Shown here: in pieces, positions 23,282 to 36,224 of the stretch
Position numbering within the stretch: the stretch's first letter is position 1
Layout of the letters: every line of letters starts with the position of its first letter
Origin: Octopus sinensis
Taxonomy: Eukaryota
Length of the DNA stretch: 64,000 bases
NCBI RefSeq assembly: GCF_006345805.1
Contig: NC_043018.1
Location: forward strand, 11,222,001-11,286,000
Reading direction: 5' to 3'
The notes under the pieces: generated by a model
Seen by the model: the letters and a program-made list of their open reading frames with translations, nothing else
Databases searched by the model: none
Told to the model about the DNA's origin: nothing
Translations under genes and position numbers: made by a program

Positions 23282-26200
23282 ATAAAACAGTGACACATAA
23301 TTTAGTCCAGGTGGATCAACATTGGTCCATACCAAAGTTTTCGTTTTCTACTGTGGGTTTTATGTTTTATGTTGCATAATGCAATTAAAAGTAAATTTAT
23401 ATTAGGTACAGGCATGGCTGTATGATTAAGAAGTTTACTTCCCAACCATGGTCGTTTCAGGTTCAATCTCACTGTGCAGTATCTGGGCATGTGTCTTTAA
23501 CTATAGCCCTAGTGGATTTGGTGTATGGAAACTGAAAGGAGCCTGTCATGTATGTATCTATGCATGTGTGTATATATATATATATATAGTTAACATCCAT
23601 GTTCTGTATATGTATATGGCTGCATGTATGTGTTTCTCTCTCCCTTCTCTACCTTTCTCTATCTTTGCTTGTGCGATTGTTGTAAATGAGTGTCACTGTC
23701 ATACAAGTGGTGTCGTACAGCAAAACAGCTGTAGAAAATCTGTCTCAATAAATTTCTGTCCCCCCTCATATTCTTTTTGTTCCTAGTAAAGGGTACTGTG
23801 TGTAGAAAAATACAAGAGACTCACTGCTGCAGAAAATATCTGTAGATTGTTCATTGCTACATGAGTTAAATTAATCTATAAGTCTGCAGATCGGTGTGTA
23901 TGTTGTTTAGTCACTTTATACACACACATTTATATATTGATTGTTTATTTACTCTGGTAAATAAAATATGATTTCCCTCGCCAACAAAGAGAACATCTAT
24001 GCAATCAGTCAACATACTAGAAATAACAACCAAATCTCTGTCAAATTAACATGGCTGTCTTAGAAATGAAAATAAAAAACAGGGTGGTCACAGATGGAAT
24101 GATTTTGATTACAATTCTGTTCAGTTGGGGCTAAATCACAACAATCTGATGTCCTCTTATTAACTGTGGAATGATTATCATCATCATCATCATCATTGTC
24201 GTCATCGTCATCGTTTAACATCTGTTTTCCATGCTGGCATGGGTTGGACGGTTATGTTACTTAATATTTATGGTTTTTATTATTCAATATATCTCCTCTT
24301 TAAGAGTCAGTCATTTGAGGGAGATTTGGCTGCTATATTTTCATGTTGACCATGTAGATACTCTCTTGTTGATTCCTTATAGTGCTTCTTGCATATGATT
24401 TCCATTTTAGAAATGTAAAAAGTGATATTAGTGAAAGATTTGGCTGCTCATTTGAATTGCATATAACTCCATAAAGTCAGTCTCCTTCGCTGTCCTGTCT
24501 ATGTCGATGCCACTAGAGATGAACATTAAAGAACTACATAGCAAAGCAAACACAACACACTCTGATTGCTACACCACAATACATGACAGTCTACAATACA
24601 CAAAAGCAGGTGGGGTTTACATAAATCAAAGGGAGACACAGCCACATTAAAGGATATAACAAAGGATGTATAATAGAAATTAGAGAAATAAGTAATTAAC
24701 AATGATGTTAATTGTAATAGTAAAGAAAGTTGATCAAGATTCAAGGTAAAGTGAAAAAAAAATTATTTTGAACGTTGTATGTTAATCGTTACACAATCTA
24801 GTTTGCAGAGGTGTTGGTGATATAACAAATCGAATAGTTGTTCGCATTAATTATTATCATACATTTTGATTAAAAAGAAAATAAAAATGGGTTAATACTT
24901 TCATGTTAACCTTATATTATCTGATAGAGTGTCAAGTTGACATCTCTATCTGTCGACAGTCATTTGGTGTTCTTTGTGTGGTGGATGTCGATCAGTCTTG
25001 TTTGCAGCCCTCATTTTGTCCGAATGAGTAGAAGTCAATGTGGACAAGTTAATAAAGTGTTAGACATTTCACAAAAGAAAAAAACTGGTTTAGTATTTAT
25101 TTATAATCAGTTATGTTTTCAATCAACTGTTTGATAATGTAAAGCTAAAATGCCGTGAAGCAGCATTTCAGTTTCGTTACCCAAAGCACGTATGTTTGAT
25201 TGCATCATAATAGACAGGCATCAAGTTTGTTTCATCACTTCATTTAACATCCGTTTTTCCATACTGGCATGGGCTGGATGGTTCAACAGGCTGGCAAGTC
25301 AGAAGACTGCACCAAACCCTACTGCCTACTTCAGCACAGTTTCTCTGGCTGAATGCCTTTCCTAACACAACCACTTTACAAACTGAACTGGTTTTATATT
25401 TACAACTATTTTAAAGTTATAAAACCCTCCAATTATATATTTTTAAAATTTGGTTTGCAAGAGTTTTGATCTGAAAATTATGAGTTGAAAACACAATTTG
25501 TTATATTTGAGAAGTCATAATTGAAAAAAAAACACCTATAAGCACGCTAATCAGTTGTTGCTTGCCTATATTTCACTGCTCTTTCATTTTCAAAACTGCC
25601 GATGCTTGTTTATGTTTTTCAAAATATTTTTTGCTCCACTAATCTGTAGCTTTCTCAATAGAAAAATCAAATATTGACAAACAACAACTGGCTACGATGA
25701 TGAATGCTTGAGTTGATTCAATCAACGGAACAACCTGCTCATGAAATTAACATGAAAGTGACTGAGCACTCTGCAGACAGGTGTACCTTGAATGTAGTTC
25801 CCAGGGAAATTCAGTGTGACACAGAATATGACATGGTTAGCTTGTCAGCTGGGTGGGCTGGAGTAACATGAAATAAAATGTTTTACTGAAGGATACAGTG
25901 TGTTACTGAGAATCAAGCACATGACCTTACAATCGTGAAGTAAATACCCTAACTACTAAGCTACAATTTGTATAAATCTAAGTAGCCCCCTGTGAATTAT
26001 ACCATTCTTGGGTGGAATCAAGCTTCTGTCGTTCTCTAGTTTGAAGCCAACAAATATTACAAATGGGAGAAAGGATCAACATCATGAATTAAGACATTGA
26101 ATATTTGCAGTACTGTGTAGTAAAGTTGTAAAACCAAAAGAAATTGAGGTTTTTTTTTTGTTTTTCAATTTCTATAAAACTAATTAATTCTACTGCTCAT

Positions 26201-27960
26201 GCTAACACACACACATACACATACAGTACACATACATACACACACATACACGTGCACGTCCTTTAGGAGAGTCCTCGATTCACTGACTCAGTAAGTAAAC
26301 CATTATCTCTCCTGTGTTTGACTGTTTCCACTGTGAGTAACAGTAGGTCATCTAAGGTTAAATATCTGTAAATACCATGACAGTCTACTTTGTAACTGTA
26401 ATTAATTTAATGCAAGCCAGCAGTTCTTAGTAATTGACTAAAGTGATTCAATGTTTTAATTTAAAAAAGTAAAAAGTTTAAAAGACATTGACATAAACAC
26501 AAAGCAAAAAAAGCAATTTAACTGTCCAGAACCAACCCAATAAAAGTTTTCTTTAACACATATCTTTTTCTAAGAAATTCCATTCATTCGGAGCCTAAGA
26601 ATCTCTGTGTTGACCTTTTGAATAATTGTCTTTTTTTAAATCAATTCTTATTCACGGTGTAATTTAGATGTGGCTGACTGGACTTTAGTTCCAAATCCAA
26701 GTGCCATAAGGTATACATAAGCTCTTAGCAACCTGAAATTGGCCTGCAGACTCAGGCAGCATGTCATTCATATCACTGAAGTTCTTGACAGGTGCAATCC
26801 CATGGTCAGTCATGACTGAAGGTGGTCTCAAAATTCCATACTGTTATCAGCTGGATGGTTTGACAGGATCCAACAGATTAGAGAACCATGCCTTACTGCA
26901 ATGTCACAGTTTTGGCATTGTTTCTACAGCTGGATGCCCTTTTCATTACCAATCACTTTATATGGTATACTGGATACATTTGTTTTTTTTTTTCTTTTGT
27001 GGCACCAGCACCATAAAGGTTGTCTTACTATCAGCAAGATTAACGAACCCTCTCAAACTCTGCATCAGCATCATCACAGCTCTATTTGACTTACCAACCA
27101 TTTACTGAGTGTACTGCATGCTTTTTAGTGGCACCAGCACTAGTGGGGTGTCCTTGTATCTCCCAAGGCGAAAGAGATGAATGGAACAGATTTATTGTCA
27201 TGCTGCTCTCTTGCAAGACACATATTTCTGTTCCTCTATTCATAACTTCTCATCACCCGTCACTAAGCCACCTCCCTCAATACTGTTCCCACTTCAGTTT
27301 AGGGGTTTTGTCTTGCAAGTTACTTGCTGATCTCACTATTTCTGGTATCACATAAAAAAGCATCCATTACACTCTGTAAAGTGGTTGTCATTAGGAAGGG
27401 CATGGAACCATAGAAACTATGCAAAAGCCAACAGTGGTGCTTGGCACAGCCTTCTGACCTGCCAGCTCCTGTCAAACCATCCAACCATGCCAGCATGGAG
27501 GGGGGATGTTAAAAGATGATGATGATGATGAGAGGATGGTAGCAGAGGAAGTAAGGATGTTGTTTTTAAGTATTTTTACTCGTTCAAAAAATTATTTATT
27601 TTGATTTATCTGGTGAAAGCAAAATTATATTTTCTTTTTATTTTCTGTCAGTCTGTTTACTAAAAGATCAGTAGCGTTGTTCGTAAACCCTTGTTATCAA
27701 TAGCCGTCTGTCTTACCTACAAAAGAGAACTATATCAGCCAAAGGAGAAACTTGCGTTAACATTAAAGACTCCTGCTTTGATCAAAAAGACAGAAAGTCA
27801 TCATCTTGAAATATTTGACCTTAAACAAACTTCAGTCTTGCATAGAGAAGTGTGGGGATGTGGTGTAAGGAGGAGGATTGGCAGTACTTGTTATTGTTTG
27901 AAGATCCCAGACTTGTAAAATCAATATAGTTGGTGTGCAATTTGAACTGCTGAAGATTAA

Positions 27961-28179
27961 TCGTTTAGCATTTAAACCAGCAAAACCTGGCCAAAATATT
28001 CTACCCATTTTATGTACACAGTGGCCAGATTTGACTTCTCACACCAACCCTATAATGTCATTCTAAAAATTAACAGTTAACTCATCAAAATCTCAAAGCT
28101 ACAAGATAATGAACGATTAATTAAAAACAATATGAATAAACTCATATTACTTTTGACAGAAAAATGTGAATGCTAAAGG
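27961..28179. mobile_element. piggyBac-type MITE, copy 2
   Basis: TTAA flanks; homologous to 17054-17274. Confidence 0.8.
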
Positions 28180-28714
28180 TTAACAAAAACTTTGTATGTG
28201 GTGTCGGTTGTAGGGCAGTGCTAAGGTGTAAGGTCTTTGCTTTTTTTTTTGAGAGGGAAGATTTGAAAATGTTTTTTTTTTTTTACTTAGGGCAGAATTT
28301 CCTGCAAGTGAGGAAAATTAATAGTGATGAGTTAAGAAACAGCTGGAACATGAGATGGATGGAAATAAATGGAGTCTGGTAGTTCAAAGATGAAGCTGCT
28401 ATATTTGTAGGTGGAGACTGGAGAAAACTTAGCATGCTTGTGAATTAGTGGATATTAACCTTTGGCACACTTAGGTGCATCATCACTGTACAAATTTTCT
28501 CCCCTTTAGCTGTAGGCACAAAGTGTCACATTGAGAGAAAAGCAAACTTATATGGCAAATTGATGCACTTACAGCATGCTAAAGGTTAAGACATGGACTA
28601 CATTGTGTGTTAACGTCTTTTTAACAGAACATCGTCTGGTTGAGCTTGCTTAAACATTTTTAACGCATGCATGTTATCCATTTCAATCCTGTGTTTGTTG
28701 AGGGAGGTTTTTGG

Positions 28715-28990
28715 GGAGCCATCCAGTGTCTCTGGTGAGCTGATCTACATATGTTGTGTTCAGATGGACATTGTTGTAGAGCTGAAAAAGAAGTAATTTC
28801 TACTCTTCTCCTCTGGAAGCCATCTACTCGCAATACCAGAGGGCGCACACTCTCCTACCCTGATGTAATCTCCAGGGATACAGGCATCCAGCAACAGGAC
28901 CTCCGTAATGCTATGATGGACCGTGAAGTCTGGCGTAACATAGTAAATTCCATTGTCTCGACCACAGTCGAACAATGATGATGATGATCA
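28715..28990 (+). mobile_element. 3' end of a second RTE-like LINE family
   Basis: GHCCRAEKEVISTLLLWKPSTRNTRGRTLSYPDVISRDTG...LRNAMMDREVWR, followed directly by a (TGA)n tail. Confidence 0.7.
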
Positions 28991-30469
28991 GATGACCTGA
29001 GTACAGCTATGCTTTGGCATCCATAGAAGTAGGTCACTTGCTAACTCTTGTTTAGCTTACCATCCAGTAACTCATCATTCACTGACTGATGGTAGATACA
29101 GACAGGAGATCTCCTGTTTCTTGTCAAGATGAGTTCTCCAAGACATGTTGAAGACTGCTCACCATCCCAGATAATGTGATCAGTACTCAGTGGATAATAA
29201 TTTTGAGCTTTTTAAAGGGTTAGCAATCAATCACGGAAAAATTATAACAAATTACTTGAGATTATAGTGTAAAGGTGTTTGAGCCTAGAATGTAACTGCA
29301 ATTATATAGTGGACAACAAATTCTGCCATCTGTTATTCCTATTTTGTATTAATAAATTGTAATATTGGTGTAAAAATTTTCCAGCAGTGGGCATGAGCAA
29401 TGACATATGTCTGCTGTTTCTGACAATGTGAAAGATCAGTTAATGATAATCTTAGCCAAAACTGAATTAAACCACCTTAAATAGTCCTTTTTGCAGCCCA
29501 AGAGTCTTGTCCCACCTAAGTTTTCCTGGGTCAGAGGAAGACATGGTCAGCAAATCTGAGGGAGACAAATGGGTACAGGTCTTGCCAGTCAGTCAGTAAT
29601 GCTAAACTCAAAAGTCTTAATGGGTGCCTCCACTCCACTTGTAAGTTCAGTGGAAGATCATTGACTCCTTGTTGAGTTCATCCACTCTTATAGGCAGTTT
29701 TACATCCAATCAATGTGTCCATTGACCCTGCACTCAGAAAAGTGAGAGCTTAGAGTAGTGATTATGGGTTAATCACTGATAGCCTGTCTATAAAACAGGC
29801 TGTATTAGTTTATATGATTGCTAGTAGCAGGTCATTTTTCAAGTGTGATTATGTTGAACCTCCTCCAAATATTTCTTGGAATTCAAATTGAAATCTTGGC
29901 AAACCTTTCCAAACTGTCAGCTATTCAAAATCTGATGAGCTGGTTGGTTGTGTAAGTCATATAATGCAATTCATGTTATGTAATCCCATATTATGCAATG
30001 CATTGTAAATAAACAGCCATGCTACTGAAATCTATGTAACATAATTTGAATGAAAACTATACTCTATTCATGTTCTTTTATTACTACTTTTGCACTATAT
30101 GACATGTACAGTAAGTATTGTTATACACAGTTTGCCTAAGACATGCCTGAGTGCTGGTCATTTTTGGTACCTGTTTTATAGACTCTCTCCCTCACCATTC
30201 CCCAGGAGAATGAAAATCAAAAACTCAATCCTTGTGGGATTAGAACTCAGAACGTACAGAGTGAAATTAAATAACTGTAGATACACAATAGTGAATGAGT
30301 TAAATTTACTAGTGTGGAAGAATAGAGAACTGGGTAGAGGGCCTGTTAACGTAGACCTTCAAATTTTTATTCGCTCATTAAATCCATAATTATCGTTTAT
30401 TGTGTTTACATTTGTTTGAGAGTGATTTTTTTTATATTCCTTTTTTTATCATTATTCCTATTTATTAAG

Positions 30470-30730
30470 GCAATGGGCTGGCAGAGTTGTTAGCACACCA
30501 GGCACAATGCTGAGTGGCATTTCTCCTGGCCATTTCTCTTCTGAGTTCAAATTCTGTCTAGTTTGATTTTTGCCTTTCATCCATGCAGGGGCAATAAAAT
30601 AAAGTACCATTTGAGCACCGGGGTCAATGTAATTGACTTAAACACCTTTCCTTTAAATTGCTTATTCCAAAATTTGAAACCACTTATTTTTATCATCATC
30701 ATCATCATCATTATTATTATTATTATTATC
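30470..30730 (+). mobile_element. Meta-like SINE (tail type B, ending in (ATC)/(ATT)n)
   Basis: Same head and central domain as tail type A, but ends ccaaaatttgaaacc...attattatt; homologous to 48875-49095, 37860-38050 and 38090-38210. Confidence 0.7.
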
Positions 30731-30829
30731 ATTTTCTTTTTCTTTTTTTGTTTCACTTCTTTTCCAGGAATGTATCGATAATTGATCTTTTTCAAAAGTA
30801 AGCCTGCTAGTTTTCCATTTTGCTCCTTA

Positions 30830-31680
30830 CTCACTTCACTCTCCCTCTCTGCTTGTCCAACAACTTAATGTTTTTATTGTTGCTTATTTCTCTCTGTCTG
30901 TTTGTCTCTCTCTCTCTCTCCCACACACTTCTGACAATTCGAATGGGTTTTCTTGTAGGTTAATTTTTCTTTATCTTTTTTTTAAAAAAAACCCTTATTT
31001 TTTTTTCGTTTCTTCTCAACTTTGAACCTTTTATTTTTAATCCATTTTCTTCTTTATTTTATATTTTTCCTTTTTTATCCTTTTCTCCCCTCTTATTTAA
31101 TGCTTTTTTCCCACTTTTTAAATATTTTTTCTCTTTTTTTTTAATAGAATTAAATTATTTTGAAATTAAAATTTAAAAAGAGAAATTAATCTTAATTTTG
31201 TTAAATATGTTTCTCTAACAATTCTCTTATTTGTTTTTGCTCACTTTTCTGTATTTTGTCCAACTTTTGTTTAATGTAATTATGTAGTTCCACTTTTGTT
31301 TTCTTTATTTTGTTTACATTTCTCTAACAAATGGAGCAACCAATACCTTCTTCTTCTTCACTCTCTTGCTTTCATTTTCTCTTTCCCCCTACATTCTCCT
31401 TCTTTGTCTCTTCCTATTTTCTCTTTGTTCCCCTTTTTCTCCCTATTCTTCATTTTATCTCTACTCTCTCTATCTCTCTCTCTTTCTCACTTTCCTCTCT
31501 CTCTCTCCTCTTTCACATTTCTTTTTTCCCTTTCTCTCTGTTCCCTGTCTGGTTTTTCTTTTCTCCTCCCCTTCTCTCTCTGTTACTCTTCTTTCTCTAT
31601 TCTTTTCTCTCTCTCTCCCTCTCTCTCTGTTGCTCTTCTCCCTCTCATTCTGATTCTAGATTTTTCTCATACAGTCTACT
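30830..31680. repeat. Long T-rich to CT-rich polypyrimidine tract
   Basis: Directly visible; explains the F/S/L-rich ORFs. Confidence 0.9.
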
Positions 31681-33654
31681 GATGACACTGACCATGATGA
31701 AAAGTAAGAGTTAGAAGAAAGACCAAAATTAATTGGAAATAAAAAAACAAACAAACAGTATTTACTGAAAATATATTGATTCATTTTTTTTTACCCTACA
31801 TACAATATTATTGATTGTAAAAATGAAAATAAAGCATGTAACAATTATCTTTTTTATTAGGGAAAAAAAACTCGTTAACAATGGTGTTTGAATTACAACA
31901 CACTCTACCTTGATTTGGTATATTATCATAGTTTTAATGTCCACTTTTCCATGCTTGCATGGGCCAGATCAAATTTGTTGAAGAAGATTTGAAGATTTTC
32001 TATGGATGGATGCCCTTCTATAGATGGATTGCCAAGCCTTGCCTGTTTCCAAGTAAGGAAATATTTCCCCATAGCCAGACGTGTTTTTCATGGAAGATTG
32101 GAAACAAAGAACATGGCGTGTATGATGTTGACATTCATTTTTGTCTATCATGTAATAAAAAGACATGGACACGCACACACAGATATACAACAAACTTCTT
32201 CAACCACATGGTTCCAGATTCAGTCCCACTGTGTGACACCTTGGCAAGTGTCTTCTACTATAGTCTCAGGCCAACCAAAGCCTTGTCAGTGGATTTGGTA
32301 GACTGAAACTGAAAGAAGCCCATAATATGTATACGTGTGTGTTTGTCCCCTACCACTACTTGACAAACAGTGATAGTATGTTTATATCCCTGTAACTTAG
32401 CAACGAGGCAAAAGGGCTTGATAGAATAAGTACCAGGCTTTGCAAAATACGTAAGTACTGGGGTCAGTTTCCTTAGCTAAAATTTTTCAAGGTGGTGCCC
32501 CAGCATGGCCGTAGTCTAATGACTGAAACAAGTAAAAGAAAGATAAAAGATTTGAGTTTTTTGGAAGGGGTTGAGGATCTGCTCCAAAAGTAAAGGCATC
32601 TTAGAACCAAATGATACTGTTGAAGCTGATCACTATCTAGATGCACTGCTCAAAGCAGAGGCACCCAAGAACTAGGTGGTGGGTGGTCTTAAACCAAATG
32701 AGTTGTTAGGTCTCTTACTTTGCATTACAAGTACAGAAATGCAAAAATAAAATTAAAAGTTTTCATTGATAAAAAATTAATCTCCAAAAGAAAAATGTTT
32801 GTTACAATATATTTATGGAGTTTTTATTAATTTTTTTAAAAAACTCATAATTTATTTCTGGTTTGTAACATTTGAAAAAAAAAAAAGTTTCTGTTATTAC
32901 GTCATACAGAAAATGTTTAAATGTCAGAAACAATTTAATAGTCTATCCATGCCATTAGCTAATTAATTAGAAATGAGTGAATGTAAAATACCATGCAATG
33001 CCATGGTGTTATAGTGATGCATATTGGGAAAGCTGAGACTATATTTCACTATTGGACTGATGTAAGATGAAGACACAAGGCCTAGTGGTTAGAGTGTTCA
33101 GCTTGGAATTAATGGTGTGGGTTCAATTTTTGGACTGGGTAGCATGTTGTATTCTTGAACACTTGTTTTCAGCTGAGTAGACCAGAACAACATGAAATGG
33201 GGTACCAGCTGAGTGCTGGCATGTTTCTCTTCCTCTCCAACTGTCATATCATGAATGTAGCACTGGATCAAAGGTTGGCAGAGCTGACAGGATGTCATTG
33301 TCTGCTCATGGCTACATCAGTATCTAAAATCAGGGAGAGCCTACTACATGTTACCAAGCTATACTTGTTCATGGTATACTACCCACAAGGGGCTAAACAC
33401 AGAGAGGACAAACAAGGACAGACAAACGGATTAAGTCGATTATATCGACCCCAGTGCGTAACTGGTACTTATTTAATTGACTCCGAAAGGATGAAAGGCA
33501 AAGTCGACCTCGGCGGAATTTTGAACTCAGAACGTAATGGCAGACGAAATACAGCTACGCATTTCGCCCGGCGTGCTAACATTTCTGCCAGCTCACCACC
33601 TTTATAAGAGACAGGTGTTCATGGTAACACCTGTTTCTTATATGACTGATTTAA

Positions 33655-33873
33655 CCCCTTAGCATTTGAACTGGCCATATCAGGCCTAAATATTCTATCT
33701 TTTATATTCAAACTGGCCAGATCTAGATGTTGACACCTCCCTTACAATGCCATTCCAAAAATAAACAATCACTTCATAAAAAGGTCAAGGCTGTGAGATA
33801 ATACACAATCAATTTAAAAAGACTGTAAATAAATAAGCTTTACATTTGACAGAGTGATCTGAATGCTAAAGGG
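33655..33873. mobile_element. piggyBac-type MITE, copy 3
   Basis: TTAA|ccccttagcatt...gaatgctaaaggg; homologous to 17054-17274. Confidence 0.8.
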
Positions 33874-35399
33874 TTCCGGCAATGGACGGGCAAAATTCTT
33901 AGAGTATTGGTCAAAGTGCTGGGTGGCATTAGTCCTTGTCCTAAGTTTAAGTCTTACTGATGCCAACTTTGCCTTCCCTCTATTTGGGGTCAATAAAATG
34001 AAAGTACAAAGTATGCGGTCTGGTGCAATTGACTGTTCCTGCCATTTACATAATTTTTTTAGCTTGCACCAATGTAGAGAATCCACATTTCATTGTTTTT
34101 TTTTATTGAAACTTTTTTCATATATTTATCTTTTTTTCTCACATTTTTCTTATTATTTTTACTTATACTTCATGGATTTGAGGAAAGAAAATTTTTTTTT
34201 TTACTTTGCAAAAGTACTTTTCCAATGAAATACTCCCAGGCTCTCATTCCAGTTTAGCTGCACTAGTTTTCAGAAATCTTTTTTTTTCTTTCTATACTTC
34301 TGTATGTTGTTGTTTCATCATCATTATCATCATCATTATTTAATGTCTGTTTTCCATGCTGGCATGGGTTGGACAGAGCTGGCAAGCAGGAGAGCTGTAC
34401 CAGGTTCCAGTCTGATTTGTCCTGGTTTCTCTGGCTGGATACCCTTCCCAATACCAACCATTCTACAGAGTTGGATGCTTTTCTATGTGGCACCAGCACA
34501 AGTGCTTTTACCTGGTACCAGTATAGGACTCTTGCAGGCCAATCCTCCTCTGATGTGGAGGTGTGTGGCTTAGTGGTTAAGGTGTTGAACTCATGATCGT
34601 AAGGTTGTGGTTTCAATTCCTGGACTGAGTGATGTGTTGTGTTCTTGAGTAAAACACTTCATTTCATGTTGCTCCAGTCCACTCAGCTGGCAAAAATGAG
34701 TAATCCTGCGACGTACTGGCGTCCCGTCCAGGTGGGGGAATTTCTACACCACTGAAACTGGGAAACTGGCCCTTATGAGCCTGGCATGGCTCAAGAAGGA
34801 ACATTTATTTATTTTTTATTTGCTGTGGAGGATGGTTCTTCTTGAGTGCAGAAAGGCACTAGATGCCTCACTCCTTTGTCATCTCCTCCATATGGCTCAG
34901 TGACCTGAGGTCATCCTTTGGTACTTTGTCTCATCTCTTCATAGATTTCCCTCTTCCACAAGTTCCATCCACTTTGTTGTTTGTTGATGTTTAACTCCAG
35001 GTCAGTCCTGACTGAACAGATCTATATTCTAAAGCAGACCATCTATCTTGTTTTATGAACTCAAAACTCCTACATTGTTGTTTCTCATGGAGAAATAGTA
35101 TGGCTTTTACATTTTGATTTGTTACTTCTTCCTGCATGATTTTTATACAAGCTGACAAAGAAAACTTCTATGCAGTTGATCAATCTGCTAAAAATAGCAG
35201 CCAATTTGTTTTTTTGAACCCTACTCTATAATTGTAATTAAAAAAATTAAATTTAATAAAAAACATTGAATAATGTAGCTTAAGATATACATTCTGAACG
35301 AAAATAGGAATTGTCATGGCTAAACATTTTTTGGTCAAAGACCTACTCTGTTAGGGCTGACACAACAACATATTTTTATATTTCCTATTTTATTTCCCT

Positions 35400-35860
35400 G
35401 ATGATATAGGATGTAGCCTGGTGGATGGTCACAGGCCTCTCCTTTGACTGTCCACACCCTGAGCCAGTGTACCAGCTAACCCCTCCCTCAATATATCTTA
35501 CAGGCCCTTTACCTAGCAGTATTATAATGGAGTTGCACGTAAACTAATCCGGTCTGGTTTTCACATTTCATGTCCTCTCCAGTTTTGCGCAGGCCTGGGC
35601 TAGATGTAAAAAAATCCTGGGTAGCCCAATCGTCAGGATTCCTCTCTTGACCTTGCTGACATAGTCCAAAGGAGTGCAGAGCATTATGTTTGGCACCAGT
35701 TTGGCTGCAGGAGCTGCCAGAAGAGTGTTGAGTTGAACACTAAACTGCCCACGGAGCTCCACTCCGGATTTCTTTGAAGGTTGTCTCCTTTCTGTAACCC
35801 TGGATAGGGGCCGATACCAGGTACCGTCAGTTGGAGCCAGCTGAGCCATCAACCCTAGTA
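35400..35860 (-). mobile_element. Possible degenerate 5' UTR of an RTE-like LINE
   Basis: GC-richer than its flanks; motifs (aaatccggagtggag, ggcagctcctgc, ctggtgccaaac, cccaggcctgcgc) resemble RTE 5' UTRs as recalled; not verified. Confidence 0.35.
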
Positions 35861-36224
35861 CTTGTATTTATTTCATCAACCCTGAAAAGATGAAGGACAA
35901 AGTCAACCTCTGTGGAATTTGAACTCAGAACGTAAAGACCTGGAAGAAATGCTGCTAAGCATTTTGTCCCACAATCCTGCTAGCTCCCTATCTTGATATT
36001 AATAATCTTAGTCTTAGAGATTCTTGGGGAGGGGGCTAGTCAATTTCATCGACCCCCCCCCCCATACTCTACTGGTAGTTATTTCAACAACCCCGAAAGA
36101 ATGAAAGGCTAAGTCCACTTCACCAGAGTTAGAACTTGGAATGGAATGATGAATGAAATGCCACTAAGCATTTGGTCCTGTGTGCTAACAAATTCTGCCG
36201 GTTTGCTGCCTTTCACTACCTTAA

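Noticed and set aside
29102-29117. Perfect 16-bp palindrome acaggagatctcctgt
   Set aside because: About one is expected by chance in 64 kb (roughly 64000/4^8)
31296-31714. Three overlapping hydrophobic F/S/L ORFs resembling membrane proteins
   Set aside because: Artefact of the stop-free pyrimidine tract
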